From Eledone cirrhosa (Eukaryota), in contig OZ024744.1 in the NCBI GenBank assembly GCA_964016885.1, positions 38,378,001 through 38,442,000 on the forward strand: DNA of 64,000 nt, in the 5' to 3' direction. This document shows, piece by piece, positions 51,995 through 64,000 of the stretch. Under the pieces are notes generated by a model, which saw only the letters and a list, made by a program, of their open reading frames with translations, did no database searches and had not been told where the DNA came from. The stretch's first letter is position 1. Every line of letters starts with the position of its first letter. The translations under genes were made by a program, and so were the position numbers.

Positions 51995-54900
51995 GTTTCT
52001 ATTTATTTGCCACGAGGGCAAAAAAGAAGGGGACAAATACAAGGGGGGAGTTTACATAAAGGAACGAGTAAAACACAAATAACAAATATAACATTAACAA
52101 TACAGTACTCAATAGGGAAGAGTAGTTTTGGGGGTTACACACACCCCCGAAAAAGTGTGCAACCCTTTTCCTTAGGAGCACAGAGGGGTGTGCTCCTTTG
52201 CACTTCCACCTTTCCACTTACAGGCTGATAAAGAGAGAAGATTGACACGGACCATTCTCGCTACTTTCACCCACCTTTCATAAAACTTGTTGGGTAGAGC
52301 GCCTCTCTCTCCATTCTGATCCTTCTCTTAAAATGGTATTTAAAGAAAAGGACCAGTTGTTGGCCGGAGAGAAAGGTGTCCGACCTCAGCCCTTTCAAAC
52401 GTGTCCACCATACCACCTCTTTCACCATGGATATTACACAGAGGGAGACCGCCTCTCCTTCATTTTTGAAGGGGGAGGCGGCTTGATCGTTACAATGGAC
52501 TCAGTGGTCAACCGGATTGGTCCCACCCGTGACAGCAGTCGTTCGACATAGCCCCACAGATCGGCAACGCCCGAGCAGTGTACCAATGCGTGCGCAACGG
52601 TTTCCTCGTCGCGCACGCATCTGGGACAGATTTTTTTCGAGGGGTCCCTACCCTGCGCCCGTGTCTGTAGAGCTTTTCTCGAACGGGCAGCGCCCCTCGG
52701 TAGCACTGCCAGGCCAGGGACTTCTGGAAGTTGTCCATAGGTCCCGGGCCAAATGTCCTCCCGAATAGGCTGGCCATTTCGTCTACCCCCATGCTTAGGG
52801 CTTGTCCGAGGGCGTCGTCGCACCTACTAACCACCAGCCCTCTATAGAATGACGAGGTGGAGTCTCCACCGAGAGTCGGGTCCGCCTGCAGAGAGCCGTG
52901 AGCGCCTGAGCACACTCGGTGTGCCAGGCGCCCAGTTTTCTCGGTCTTTGCTTGACCCAGGACTGCAGCTCGGTGAGCGAGACGAGTCTCGGAAAGGCTC
53001 GCCTCACGAACGGGGCCCACACCGGTTGACCGGTGAGGAATACCTGGAGGTGCCGTATCCTTAATGCATGTTTACGCGTCAACAGCTAGGGCAACTCCAG
53101 CCCTCCTTTCGATGGATCTCCTCACCAAAGGAGCCCGCTCTTCCAAAGGAATTGGAAGAGTGCGCGCTCCCTTTTGGTGAGCGTTTCCCTTGGGCAAGGC
53201 ACGGCGGTCAGGTGGTAATAGATGACGGCCGCTATATAAGCGTTCGCCACCTCCGCCCGACCTTTCAGGGATAGTTTGCCCTCAGCCCACTTCCGCGTCA
53301 GCGCAAACACCCTGTTCGATACCTCACCCCAGTTCTTCTCCACCTGGAGGTCTGGCCCGAACCAGACCCCGAGCAACTTCACTGGGCCCTCCGTCCAACG
53401 TCCGACGACGCCGTTGGAAACATCGGTTTACCCCTCCACTCGCCGAGTTGCAAACCGACTGACTTGTCCCGGTTAGAGCTTAGCCCCTGTAAACGTTTCG
53501 TATTCCTCCAGTAAGGTGCCGATCACTCCGATTTCCGAGGCGGCTGACACCATTAATGTCACGTCATCGGCGTAGGCCGACACCGCTTTCCGCAATCCCG
53601 GTTCCAAAGGGATTCCCTGTAACAACTCCAACATCCGTAGCAGTGGCTCTAGGGCCAATACATACAGAAGGGAGGAGAGAGGGCATCCCTGTCGGATGGA
53701 CCGCGCGATTTCGAACGACTCCGAGAGGTAGCCGTTCACCTTGACCCTAGAGCAGATTAGGCTGCTGTGCATGGCAGTGATCCAGCTCCTGAAAACGGGT
53801 CCGAAACCTGCCGCCACTAGCACCGCATCCAGGTAACGATGGTCGACCCTATCGAACGCCTTAGATTGATCCAAGTTGATCAGGGCTCCACCAAAGCCGG
53901 GTTCGTTCCCAACCCTCTCTATGATGTATCGCATGATGTGGAGGTTGTCGTGAATGGATCTGGACGGGATGGCGCATGTCTGCGCATCTCCCACCAGGTT
54001 GCCCACGACAAGCGCCAACCTCTTTGCAAACACCTTGGCCAAATCTCTAACTCTGTATTTAGCAGTGTTATGGGCCTAAAATTACATATTTCATCCCCCT
54101 TGTTCTCGTCCTTCCACACTGGCGAGACTACGCCCTTGGTCACAGAACAGGGAATTCTCCCGTTCTGTTGCCAGTTGCAGTAGACCGCTTCGAGGAGATC
54201 GAAGAACAAGTCCGGCATACTTAAATACAGTTCGTATGGAAGACCATCTAGGCCCGGAGATTTGCGTCTGCCGCATTGGCTCAGCACGTCCCCTATCTCA
54301 GCAGCTGAGATTGGCCTCTCGCAGGACTTCGCCTCCTCGTCCGAAAGACGCGGCAGGCCGTCGAGGTATGGACCGGGGTCCACATCCCCATCCGGCCCCT
54401 CGCCCCTTCCGAACAATCGGGCAAAGAGCCTTTGAAAGGCCTCGCACATCTGCTTAGGTTCAAGGATCACCCGTCCATCCTGGTCTCGCAAAGACCGGAT
54501 AGTGGATCTAGTCCCGCTTTTGGCTTCTGTCACGCGGGCCCAGCTAACAGCTTTGATCCCCTCGTTTCCCAGAGCACGTATTTTGCTTCGGACAACGCAG
54601 CCTTCGTGTTTCACGTCGACGAACTGGCCCAAGGCCGTTCTCGACGCTAGCACTCTGGCTACGTCGCCGCTTCTACTAATTGCCTCTTCTACACTATCTA
54701 CCAACTCCCTTTCCTTCCTATTTCTATCTGAGGTTAACTCCTTACTAACTCCTATTGAAGCTACTCTAATCTCTCTTTTGAGAGAGCCCCAGCACCTGCT
54801 GTTGACGATGGCACCCGTCAACCGCTCCTTAACTAATGTACTAATCCGGTTCCTGTAAGCTTTACTTGCCGGTAAGGACGAGTTGAGCTTCCAGTAACCC

Positions 54901-57480
54901 GGTCCCTGTTTATGCGTTCTATCAAGATTGACCATGGAGGTCACTAACTTGTGGTCTGAATAGCCAACCATGAGCATTTTGGGGACAACTTAAAAAGTCC
55001 CTATCCTTATTTCTAACTAAGAACGTATCTAGGTACGATCTATATTGACCGCCGTGGTTTCTCCAAGTCCAGGTTGGCACAGTCGGAAAATCTAGTCGAT
55101 ATCTATCGGCCAGGTCGAATCGGCCGATTAACCCCTTGAGGCTGTTACAACCCCCTCTATCAGGACATGCCCCTACATAGTCCCAACGTGCATCTAGGAT
55201 ACCATTCCAGTCCCCCACTAAAAGCAAGGAGCGGGACGTCCCTAGAAAAGTCTCCAGACGATGGAAAAAGTCGGGCCGCGTTGACCCAAAAGGGCCGTAG
55301 ACGGCGACCAGCCTAAAAGCTCCGCCTTCACCACTGCCAATGTCCAGAACAACTAGTCGACCCTCCGGGACCAAGTGTACCGTCTGTGTAGCGAGACCCA
55401 GATATTTTTGCTGCAGAACGACAACCCCACCCCTACCTCCGGGCTGACAGAGAGATACGTGCATCTAAAAGTCATCAAAGGTGGGGGCCAGCTGTCGCAC
55501 GCTGCTGATCCGGGCCTCGCAAATAACCATCACATTTATACATCATGACCTGAGGTCATTTAGAAGCATTGCTTGCTTCCAAGGTGAGCCCAGGCCACGC
55601 GCATTTAGACAACCTATTCTCAACACAGCCATGTTGGTGGTAAAGAGAAAAGGCACTTTCCTCTCTGCGTCCCGGGGACCGGCCCGCACAATTTCCATGG
55701 GGTTGGGGGGTTGTGGAAGTGTAGGGGCATCAGTGTGTGGTGGGGCTGGGGTGTTTGGCGTTGTGTGGGTGTCTGAGGGGGGAATTTTTTAGGAGGACAC
55801 GATTAATGGGTCTGACGTGGGGGGAGGGGGGCGTCCTCTTTAAAAGTGTCTTTTAACGTTTTGTAAATGTCCATTGGGGCTTTTATCATTTTTAGATGGG
55901 GAAGCCCCGTTGCTTGTGCGAAATTCGAACCTTCGGATTTTATTAAGTTGTTATTATAAATAACGTTTAACAGTTTTTTGTTTATTGTACTTATGTAAGT
56001 GTATGCACATTTTTCTTTTTGCGTGATGTTTTTTGTTTGCTGTTGTGTGTTTTTTGTGTTGATGTCTGTGTTATGTCTTGGGGAGGGGTTGTTTGTATTT
56101 GTGTTCCTGTGGTGTGTTTTCTTTTTTTTTTTTAACTTTATGAAATTGTTCCCCCACCCACGTCTGACGACGAAAGGGGGTCGTCTTCCGTATTCGAGGG
56201 GAGGGTTCATTTTCGGCTCGTGTTTGTGGTGTGGGTGTTATTGTATTTGTTTTCGGGGGGTGGGGATTATTTTGAGTTGTGTTTTAACTTGTGGTGTTAG
56301 TTGTTTTTGTGGTGGTGGTGGTGGAGATGGTGTTGTTAGTGTTGTAGTTGTTGGTGTGGGCAAAATCGGTATTTTTTTGTTTGCTTGGGAACAGGCAGCC
56401 CTCAGGTGCCCTTTGCCACCACAGAGGTAACAAGCGGGTCGTCTACCCTCCACTGTGATGTGTAAGTAGGCAAGCCCATCCAGCAATATGTGGTCGGGGA
56501 TCCTAGCAATTCGTTCTGGCTGCATTTGCACCAGAACTTGCAGGCTAGTTCCACCGAACACGTTGCTGGAAGACTTACCTACCGAAATTACTGCATCCTC
56601 TTTCAAGTCGAGGAGGCCACACAGTACCGCCAAGAAATCAATATCTGGATCGATACTGTGTATGGTCAATCTTTGCGTTCTTCTTCCCAAATAAGTGGGG
56701 AAGAAGGTAAATAAGGGGGACACAATTGGGGCCAGGGAATGTTTTTCGGCCGTCAATTTATCTTTCATTCGGATGGATAGACTACCGTAGAGTCTATCCT
56801 TCCGAATGAATACAATGTTTTTCAGATGATCTTTTAACGCCAGTTCAATCTCTGTCTGTGTGAGTTGTACTGGCTTACGGGTTTTGTTGGATATTGTCCT
56901 ATAAATAGTAGTTTTTAAGCTATTTTCCTTTTTTAGCTCTGGGGGAGAATTTAAAGAAAATAGACCATTCTACTCTAAAGTTATATATTTTTTCAAAATG
57001 TTCACATATATTTTCAGTATCCGAGAGACTTTTAGTCACAACTACTACTTCTCTTTCACCTTTGCTGGTGGGCGTGGCACCGTGAAAAGTCGAAACGGCA
57101 TCCATTAATGTTGGCAATTTCTCCGAGTCAATTTTTTTCATATTTTTTTCATTAGGGTTAGGCTCCATGTTTTCAATGTTTCTAATAATCATTATTCTTT
57201 CAGCAGGGAGGCATGTTGCCTCCGCTACCCCCTCTCCTTCAGTTTCTTTAGTGGGCGTGTCATCGTTACCTGTGGTAATGGCTTCCATTACCACTAGGAT
57301 AGAGACAATTACAAGATTTTTAGGATGAAAAATTTCATCCAAAAAGGTGTGAAATAAATTAACCCTAATGTCCGAAGACCCAGGCAAGGGGGTTAATTAA
57401 CACAATAACGCAAGAATACAGACAAACACTCACTGTTAACACGTAATATCTCCAATAATCGAGGAGCCGATATGAAGAAC
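51995..57480 (-). mobile_element. Tx1/L1-clade LINE, near full length, defective
   Basis: ORF1 remnants 57387-55800 with CCHC knuckle CYLCGGKGHLRAAC; ORF2 from ATG 55632 (MAVLRIGCLNARGL, VGDWN, YLD, SDH, WKLN, KSPGLDG, FRPITLLN, LDQSKAFD, RQGCPLS, YADD, CPRC..ETVAHALVHC); AATAAA then (TATC)n. Confidence 0.92.
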
Positions 57481-57609
57481 ATCTATACCATCCGGAGATA
57501 GATAGATAGATAATACATAGAAATAACGAGAGACAGAGATATAGATAGACAAATATATATATATATAGAGGGGTAGATAGATAGAAAGATATGTGTAGAT
57601 AGACAGATA

Positions 57610-60600
57610 ATTTTCTTTTTATTTGCCACCAGGGCATCAAAAAGTGGGACAAGTACAATGAGGGGAGTTTACATAACAAGGCGTCCTCAATAAGGAGGAG
57701 GCAATAACAAAATATAAAAATAAAATTTATAACAAAATCCTCAATAGAGAGGAGGCGCCTTGGGGGGTCGCACACACCCCCGAAAAAAAGTGTGCAACCC
57801 TTCTCCTCAGGAGCACAGAGAAGGGGTGCTCCCTTGGTCTTTCATCGTCCTCACCTATAGTCTGATGTAGAGTGAAGGCCCATTCACACGGGCCATTCTC
57901 GCCACTTTCACCCATCTTTCATAAAAACGGCTGGGGTGCAGCACCTCACTCTCCATCCTGATCCTTCTTCCGAAATGATATCGGAAGAAACGGACCAGTT
58001 GTTGGCCAGAGAGAAAGGTGTCTGACCTCAGTCCTTTCAGACGCGTTCACCATACAACCTCTTTCGCCATGGCTATTACGCACAGAAACACCGACTCTCC
58101 TTCGTTTTTGAAGAGGGGAGGCGGCTTGATCGTTACAATAGACTCGGTGGTCAACCGGATCGGTCCCACCCTTGACAGCAGTTGTTCGACATAGCCTCAC
58201 AGATCGGCAATGCCCGAGCTGTGTACCAATGCAACGGTTTCCTCGTCGCACACGCATCCGGGACAGATCTTTTTCGAGGGGTCCCTACCCGGGCGCCCGT
58301 GTCTGTAGAGCCTTTCTCTAACGGGCAGAGCCCTTCTGTAGCACTGCCAGGCCAGGGACCTCTGGAAGTTATCCATGGGTCCCGGGCTGAATGTCCTACC
58401 GAACAGGTTGGCCAGTTCGTCTTCCTCCATGCCTAGGGCTTCTCCGAGGGCGTCGTCGCACCTGCTAACCACCAGCCCTCTATGGAATGACGAGGTAGAT
58501 TCTCCACTGACAGCCGGGTCCGCCTGCCAGAGAGCCGTGAGCGCCTGGACACACTCGGTGTGCCAGGCGTCCAGTTTTCTCGGTCTTTGCTTGACCCAGG
58601 ATTGCAGCTCGGTGAGTGAGACGAGTCTGAGAAAGGTTCGCCTCACAAACGGGGCCCACACTGGTTGACCGGTGAGGAATACCTGGAGGTGCCGTAGCCT
58701 TAATGCGTGTTTACGTATCATTAGCCACGGCATCCCCAGCCCTCCTTTCGAAGGGTGTTGACAGCAGATGGATCTCCTCACCATAGGAGCCCGCTTTTTC
58801 CAAAGGAATTGGAAGTGTGCGCGCTCCATTTTGGCAAGCGTTTCCCTTGGGCAAGGCACAACGGTCAGACGGCAGTAGATGACGGACGCTATATAAGTGT
58901 TCACCACCTCCGCCCGACCTTTCAGGGACAGTTTGCACTCGGCCCACTTCTGTGTCAGTGCAAACACCCTGTTCGTTACCTCACCCCAGTTGTCCACCTG
59001 GAGGTCTGGTCCGAACCAGACCCCGAGCAACTTCACCGGGCCCTCCGTCCAGCGCCCGACGACGCCATCGGAGGGCATCGATCTGCCCCTCCACGTGCCG
59101 AGTTGCAGACCGATCGACTTGTCCCGGTTCAGCTTAGCCCCTGTAAACCTTTCGTACTCCTCCAGTAAGGTGCCGATCGCCCCGATTTCCGAGGCCGTCG
59201 ACACCATTGCTGTTACGTCGTCGGCGTAGGCCGACACCGCTTTCCGCAATCCCGATTCCAACGGGATGCCCTGCAACAACTCCAACTTCCGCAGCAGTGG
59301 ATCTAGAGTCATTACATACAGAAGGGAGGAGAGAGGGAACCCTTGTCGGATGGACCGCGCGATTTCGAAAGGCTCCGAGAGGTAGCCATTCACCTTGACC
59401 CTAGAGCAGATGCGGCTGCTGTGCATGGCATTGATCCAGCCCCTGAAAACGGGTCCGAAGCCTGCCGCCGCTAGCACCGCATCCAGGTAACCATGGTCGA
59501 CCCTATCGAACCCCTTAGATTGATCCAAGTTGATCAGGGCCCCACCAAAGCCGGGTTCGTTCCCAAGCCTCTCTATGATGTATCGCATGAGGTGGAGGTT
59601 GTCGTGGATGGACCTGGACGGGATAGCAAATGTTTGCGCATCTCCCACCAGGTTGCCCACGACAAGCGCCAACCTCTTTGCTAGCACCTTGGCCAAAATC
59701 TGTAACTCTGTATTTAGCAGAGTTATGGGCCTGAAACTATTTATATCGTCCCCCTTGTTCTCGCCCTTCCTCACTAGCGTGACTTCGCCCTTGGTCACAG
59801 CACAGGGAATTCTCCCGTTCTGTTGCCAGTTGCAGTAGACCGCCTCGAGGAGATCGGGGAACAAGTCCGGCATAGCTAGATATAGTTAGTATGGAAGACC
59901 ATCGAGACCCGGGGATTTGCGTTTGCCGCATTGGCTCAACACGTCCGCTATCTCAGCGGCTGAAATCGGCTCCTCGCAGGACTTCGCCTCCCTGTCCGAG
60001 AGACGTGGCAGGCCGTCGAGGTATGGACCGAAGTCCACATCCCTAACCGGCTCCCCGTCCCTTCCGAACAATCCGGCAAAGTGCTTTTGAAAAGCCTCGC
60101 ACATCTGCTTAGGTTCAAGGATCACCCGTCTATCATGGTCTCGCAAAGACCGGATAGTGGATCTGCCCCCTCTTTTGGCTTCTGTCACGCGGGCCCAGCT
60201 AACAGCTTTGGTCCCCTCGTTTCCCAGAGCACGTATTTTGCTTCGGACGATGCAGCCTTCGTGTTTCGCGTCGAAGAACTGGCCCAGGGCTGTTCTCGAC
60301 GCTAGCACTCTGGCCACGTCGCCGCTTCTAATTGCCTCTTCTACACTATCTACCAACTCCCTTTCCTTCCTATTTCTATTTGAGGCTAACTCCTTACTAA
60401 ATTCTATAGAGACTACTCTAATCTCTCTTTTGAGAGATCCCCACCACCTGCTGTTGACGATGGCGCCCGTCAACCGCTCCTTAACTAAAGTGCTAATCCG
60501 GTCCCTGTAAACCTTACTTGCCGGTAAGGACAAGTTGAGCTTTCAGTAACCGGGTCCCTGTCTATGCGTTCTGTCAAGGTTGACCATGCAAGTCACTAAC

Positions 60601-60788
60601 TTGTGGTCTGAATAGCCAACCATGCGCATTTTTGGACAACTTAAAAAGTCCTTATCCTTAATTCTAACTAAGAACCTATCTAGGTACGACCTAGATGATC
60701 CGCTACGATTTGCTCAAGCCCAGGTTGGCGCAGTCGGAAAATCTAGTCGATATCTATCGGCCAGGTTAAATCGACTGATTAACCCTTG
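57610..60788 (-). mobile_element. Second Tx1/L1-clade LINE copy, 5'-truncated in the endonuclease
   Basis: ORFs 59886-60533 and 58197-59873 (RT with YADD, C-terminal Zn motif); closely similar to copy 1. Confidence 0.93.
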
Positions 60789-60826
60789 TGTAGATAGATA
60801 GATAGATAGACAGATGGATAGGTAGG

Positions 60827-60902
<76 letters not shown>

Positions 60903-60905
<3 letters not shown>

Positions 60906-63900
60906 CTTTATTAGCCACAAAGGCGCACAAGAAAAGGGGACAAAACAAGGACACATGCCGGGGATTTTAAATACAATTGTGTAAAAATATGAAACAAACA
61001 AATATAACAATCGAAATCCCCAATTGTGGGGATTGCCACAAATGGGTTGTTTAATACCCCGTAGATAGAACAACCCTCAACTTCAGGAGCGTGTTGTGCA
61101 AGTGCTCCTTTCTTTCTTTTGCTCACTTCTTCAACCTACAGGTTTATATACAGAGAAGGACCAATCACTCGGGCCATTTTCGCTTCATTAACCCACCTTT
61201 CAGTTAATTTACTGGGGTGCAGTGCCTCTCTCTCCACTCTGATTCTCCTTCTAAAGTGATACTTAAAGAAGGGAATCAATTGTTGTCCGGAGAGAAAGGC
61301 ATCTGTCCTCAGTCCTCTCAATCTCGTCTACCATATAACCTCTTTCACCATAGCCACTGTACAGAGTAAAACCGCCTCTCTTTCGTTTTTGAAAGAGGCT
61401 GGCGGTTTGATCCCTACTATGGACTCGGCAGTCAACTGGATCTGTCCCATACGCGACAGCAGTTGTTCTGTATAGTTCTACAGGTCGGTTTTGCCCGGGC
61501 AGTGTACAATTGCGTGCAAGACGGTTTCAATGTCCTGCCCGCATCTTAAACACGTCCTCTTGGAAGGATCCCTGCCGGGGCGTCCGTGCCTGTAGATCTT
61601 GTCACGAACTGGTAGAGCTCCTCGGTAGCACTGCCATGCCAGCGACCTCTGGAAGTTGTCCATAGGTCCCGGACGAAAAGTCCTACCAAACAGACTGGTG
61701 ATTTCCTCGTCTTCGACCCCTAGAGTCTCTCCGACCACGTCGTCGCCTATGTGACGTACTAACCCTCCATAGAATGTCGCTTGACAAAGGACTGTGAGCG
61801 CCTGAGCGCATTCAATGTGCCTGGCGCCCATCTTCTTCGGTCTCCGCTTGACCCAGGACTGCAGCTCCGTCAGCGAGACAAGTTGCGGGAAGGCCTGTCT
61901 CACAAACGATGCCCATACCGGTTGGGGGTCGCTGAGGAATACCTGTAGATACCGTAGCCTCAGCGCATGCTTGCGCATCATCAGCCACGGCATTCCTAGC
62001 CCTCCATTGGAAGGGTGCTGACAGCAGACGGATCTCCTCACCAGTGGAGCCAAAGGAATTGGAAGAGCATGCGTTCCATCTTGGTGAGGTGTTCACGGGG
62101 ACAAGGCACGACGGTCAAGCGGTAGTAGATGACGGACGCTATGAAAGTGTTCGCCACCTCCGCTCGACCTTTCAAGGATAGTTTGCACTCTGCCCACTTC
62201 TGGGTGAGCGCAAATACCTTGGCCGCGACCTCGTACCAGTTTTTCTCCACCTGGATGTCTGGACCGAACCAGACCCCAAGCAATTTCACCGGTCCGTCCG
62301 TCCAGCGTCCGACGAGGCTGTCGGACGGCATCGGTTTGCCTCTCCACGTTCCGAGTTGCAAACCGACAGACTTGTCCGGGTTCAGTTTTGCTCCTGTGAG
62401 CCTTTCGTATTCCTGCAGTAAGTTGCCGATCGCCTCGATATCCCAGGTTTCCGACACCATTATTGTTTTGTTCGTCGGCATAAGCCGACGCCGCTTTCCG
62501 CAGTCACAGTTCCAATAGGATGCCCTGCAGCAGCCCCAACTTCCGCAGTAGTGGCTCTAGAGTCAGTACGTACAAAATGGAGGAGGAAGAGTATCCCTGT
62601 CGGATGGAACGCGTGATTGCGAACGGCTCCGATAGGTAGCCGTTCACCTTGACCATCGAGCAGATGTCGGTGTGCATTGCAGCGATCCAGCCTCTGAAGA
62701 CGGGTCTGAAACATTGGGAACCGCTTCCAAGTATCGATGGTCGAACATATCGAACGCCTTAGACTGATCTAAATTGATCAGATCCCCACCGAAGCCGCGT
62801 TTACACCCCACCATCTCTATGATGTATCGCATGAGGTGGAGGTGGTTGGCATTGCACACGTTTGCGCTTTCCCTACCAGTTTCTCGACGACAAGCGCCAC
62901 CCTCTTTGCCAACACCTTGGCCAAAATCTTTAACTCTGAGTTGAGCAAAGTTATGGGCCTAAAGTTGCTTAGTTCCACCCCCTTGTTCTCGTCTTTCCTG
63001 ATCAGCGTTACTACGCCCCTGCCTGCAGAACTAGGAATTCTCCCGTTCTGCTGCCATTTGCAGTAGACGGCCTCGAGGACGCCAGAGAACAAGTCCGGCA
63101 TGCCTATGTAAAGCTCATAGGGTCGACCATCTAGACCGGGTGATTTGCGTTTCAAGCAGCGGCCTAGAGTGTCCCGCATCTCTGTGTCTGTGATCGGTCT
63201 TTCGCAGAACTCGGCGTCCATGCTCGAGAGAGGCGGCAGTCCGTTGAGGTATAAACCGAAATCCATTTCCCCGTTCGACGCACCGCCACTCTGTTCGAAC
63301 AGTTGCGCAAAATGCCGCTGAAAGGCCGCACACATCCGCTTGGGGTCAAGTGGCACGCGTCCGTTTTGGTCTTTCAAAGACCGGATCGTGGACTTTTTGC
63401 CACTTTTTGCCTCTGCCACTCGGGCCCAGCTAACAGCTTTCGCTCCCTCGTTTCCTAAAGCACGTGATTTACTTCTGACTACGAAGCCTTCGTGTTTCGC
63501 GTCGAAGAACTGATCTAGTGTCGTTCTGGATGCTAGCACTCTAGCTGCGTTGCCATTCCTAAGCGCCTCCTCTACCTTGGTTACTAGTTCCGTTTCTGTT
63601 TTGTTTTTCTCTAAGGCTAACTCTCTGCTAAAGTCTATCGACTCTACTTTAATTGCTTTCTTGAGAGAGTACCACCATCTATTGTTGACGATGGTTCGCG
63701 TCAATTGTTGCTTAACTAATCTACTTATCAGTTCACTCTAGGCTTTACGTGTCAGTAGCCACACGTTCAGCTTCCAGTATCCGGGCCCTTGTCTATGTAT
63801 TATATCACGGTTGACTATGCAGATGACTAGTTGTGGTCTGAATAGGCAACCATGTGCATTTGTGGACAGCTTAACATCTTGTCTCTCTCTCTAATAAAGA

Positions 63901-64000
63901 ACCTGTCTAAATACGATCTAGATGTCCCGCTGCGGTTTGTCCACGTCCACTGTGGTACAGTTGGAAAATCTAGTCGATACCTATCGGCCAGCTGGAATTG
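60903..64000 (-). mobile_element. Third, more divergent Tx1/L1-clade LINE copy, running off the window
   Basis: ORF2 fragments 62817-63704, 62038-62481 and 61478-62053 with the same motifs; 3' end gtggctaataaagaaa+(TA)n. Confidence 0.92.

Overview
This is AT-rich animal DNA, most likely from an octopus or related cephalopod, judging by the tRNA-headed SINEs with the GCCTTTCATCCTT..GGGGTCGATAAAATAAAGTACCAG core and the very dense (TA)n/(CA)n/(TATG)n/(GATA)n microsatellites. I can support no host protein-coding exon; nearly all ORF-track entries are microsatellite translations or antisense shadows of TE ORFs. The window is a mosaic of decayed transposons: the 5' end of an R4/Dong-like LINE, a Rep-deleted Helitron, several RTE LINEs and internally deleted RTE derivatives, a CR1-group LINE, two Penelope-like elements with inverted pseudo-LTRs, three co-oriented Tx1/L1-clade LINEs, a hAT MITE and SINEs. 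The strongest hidden signal is RNA. By eye I find about 17 type I hammerhead ribozyme (HHR) folds, some with core mutations, plus a few core-only remnants. Many sit in short non-coding fold-back elements within (TA)n, often with a ribozyme on each strand, and four unrelated elements carry the compensatory U3-A8 core (UUGAnAA). All folds were read manually; none was computed or tested.
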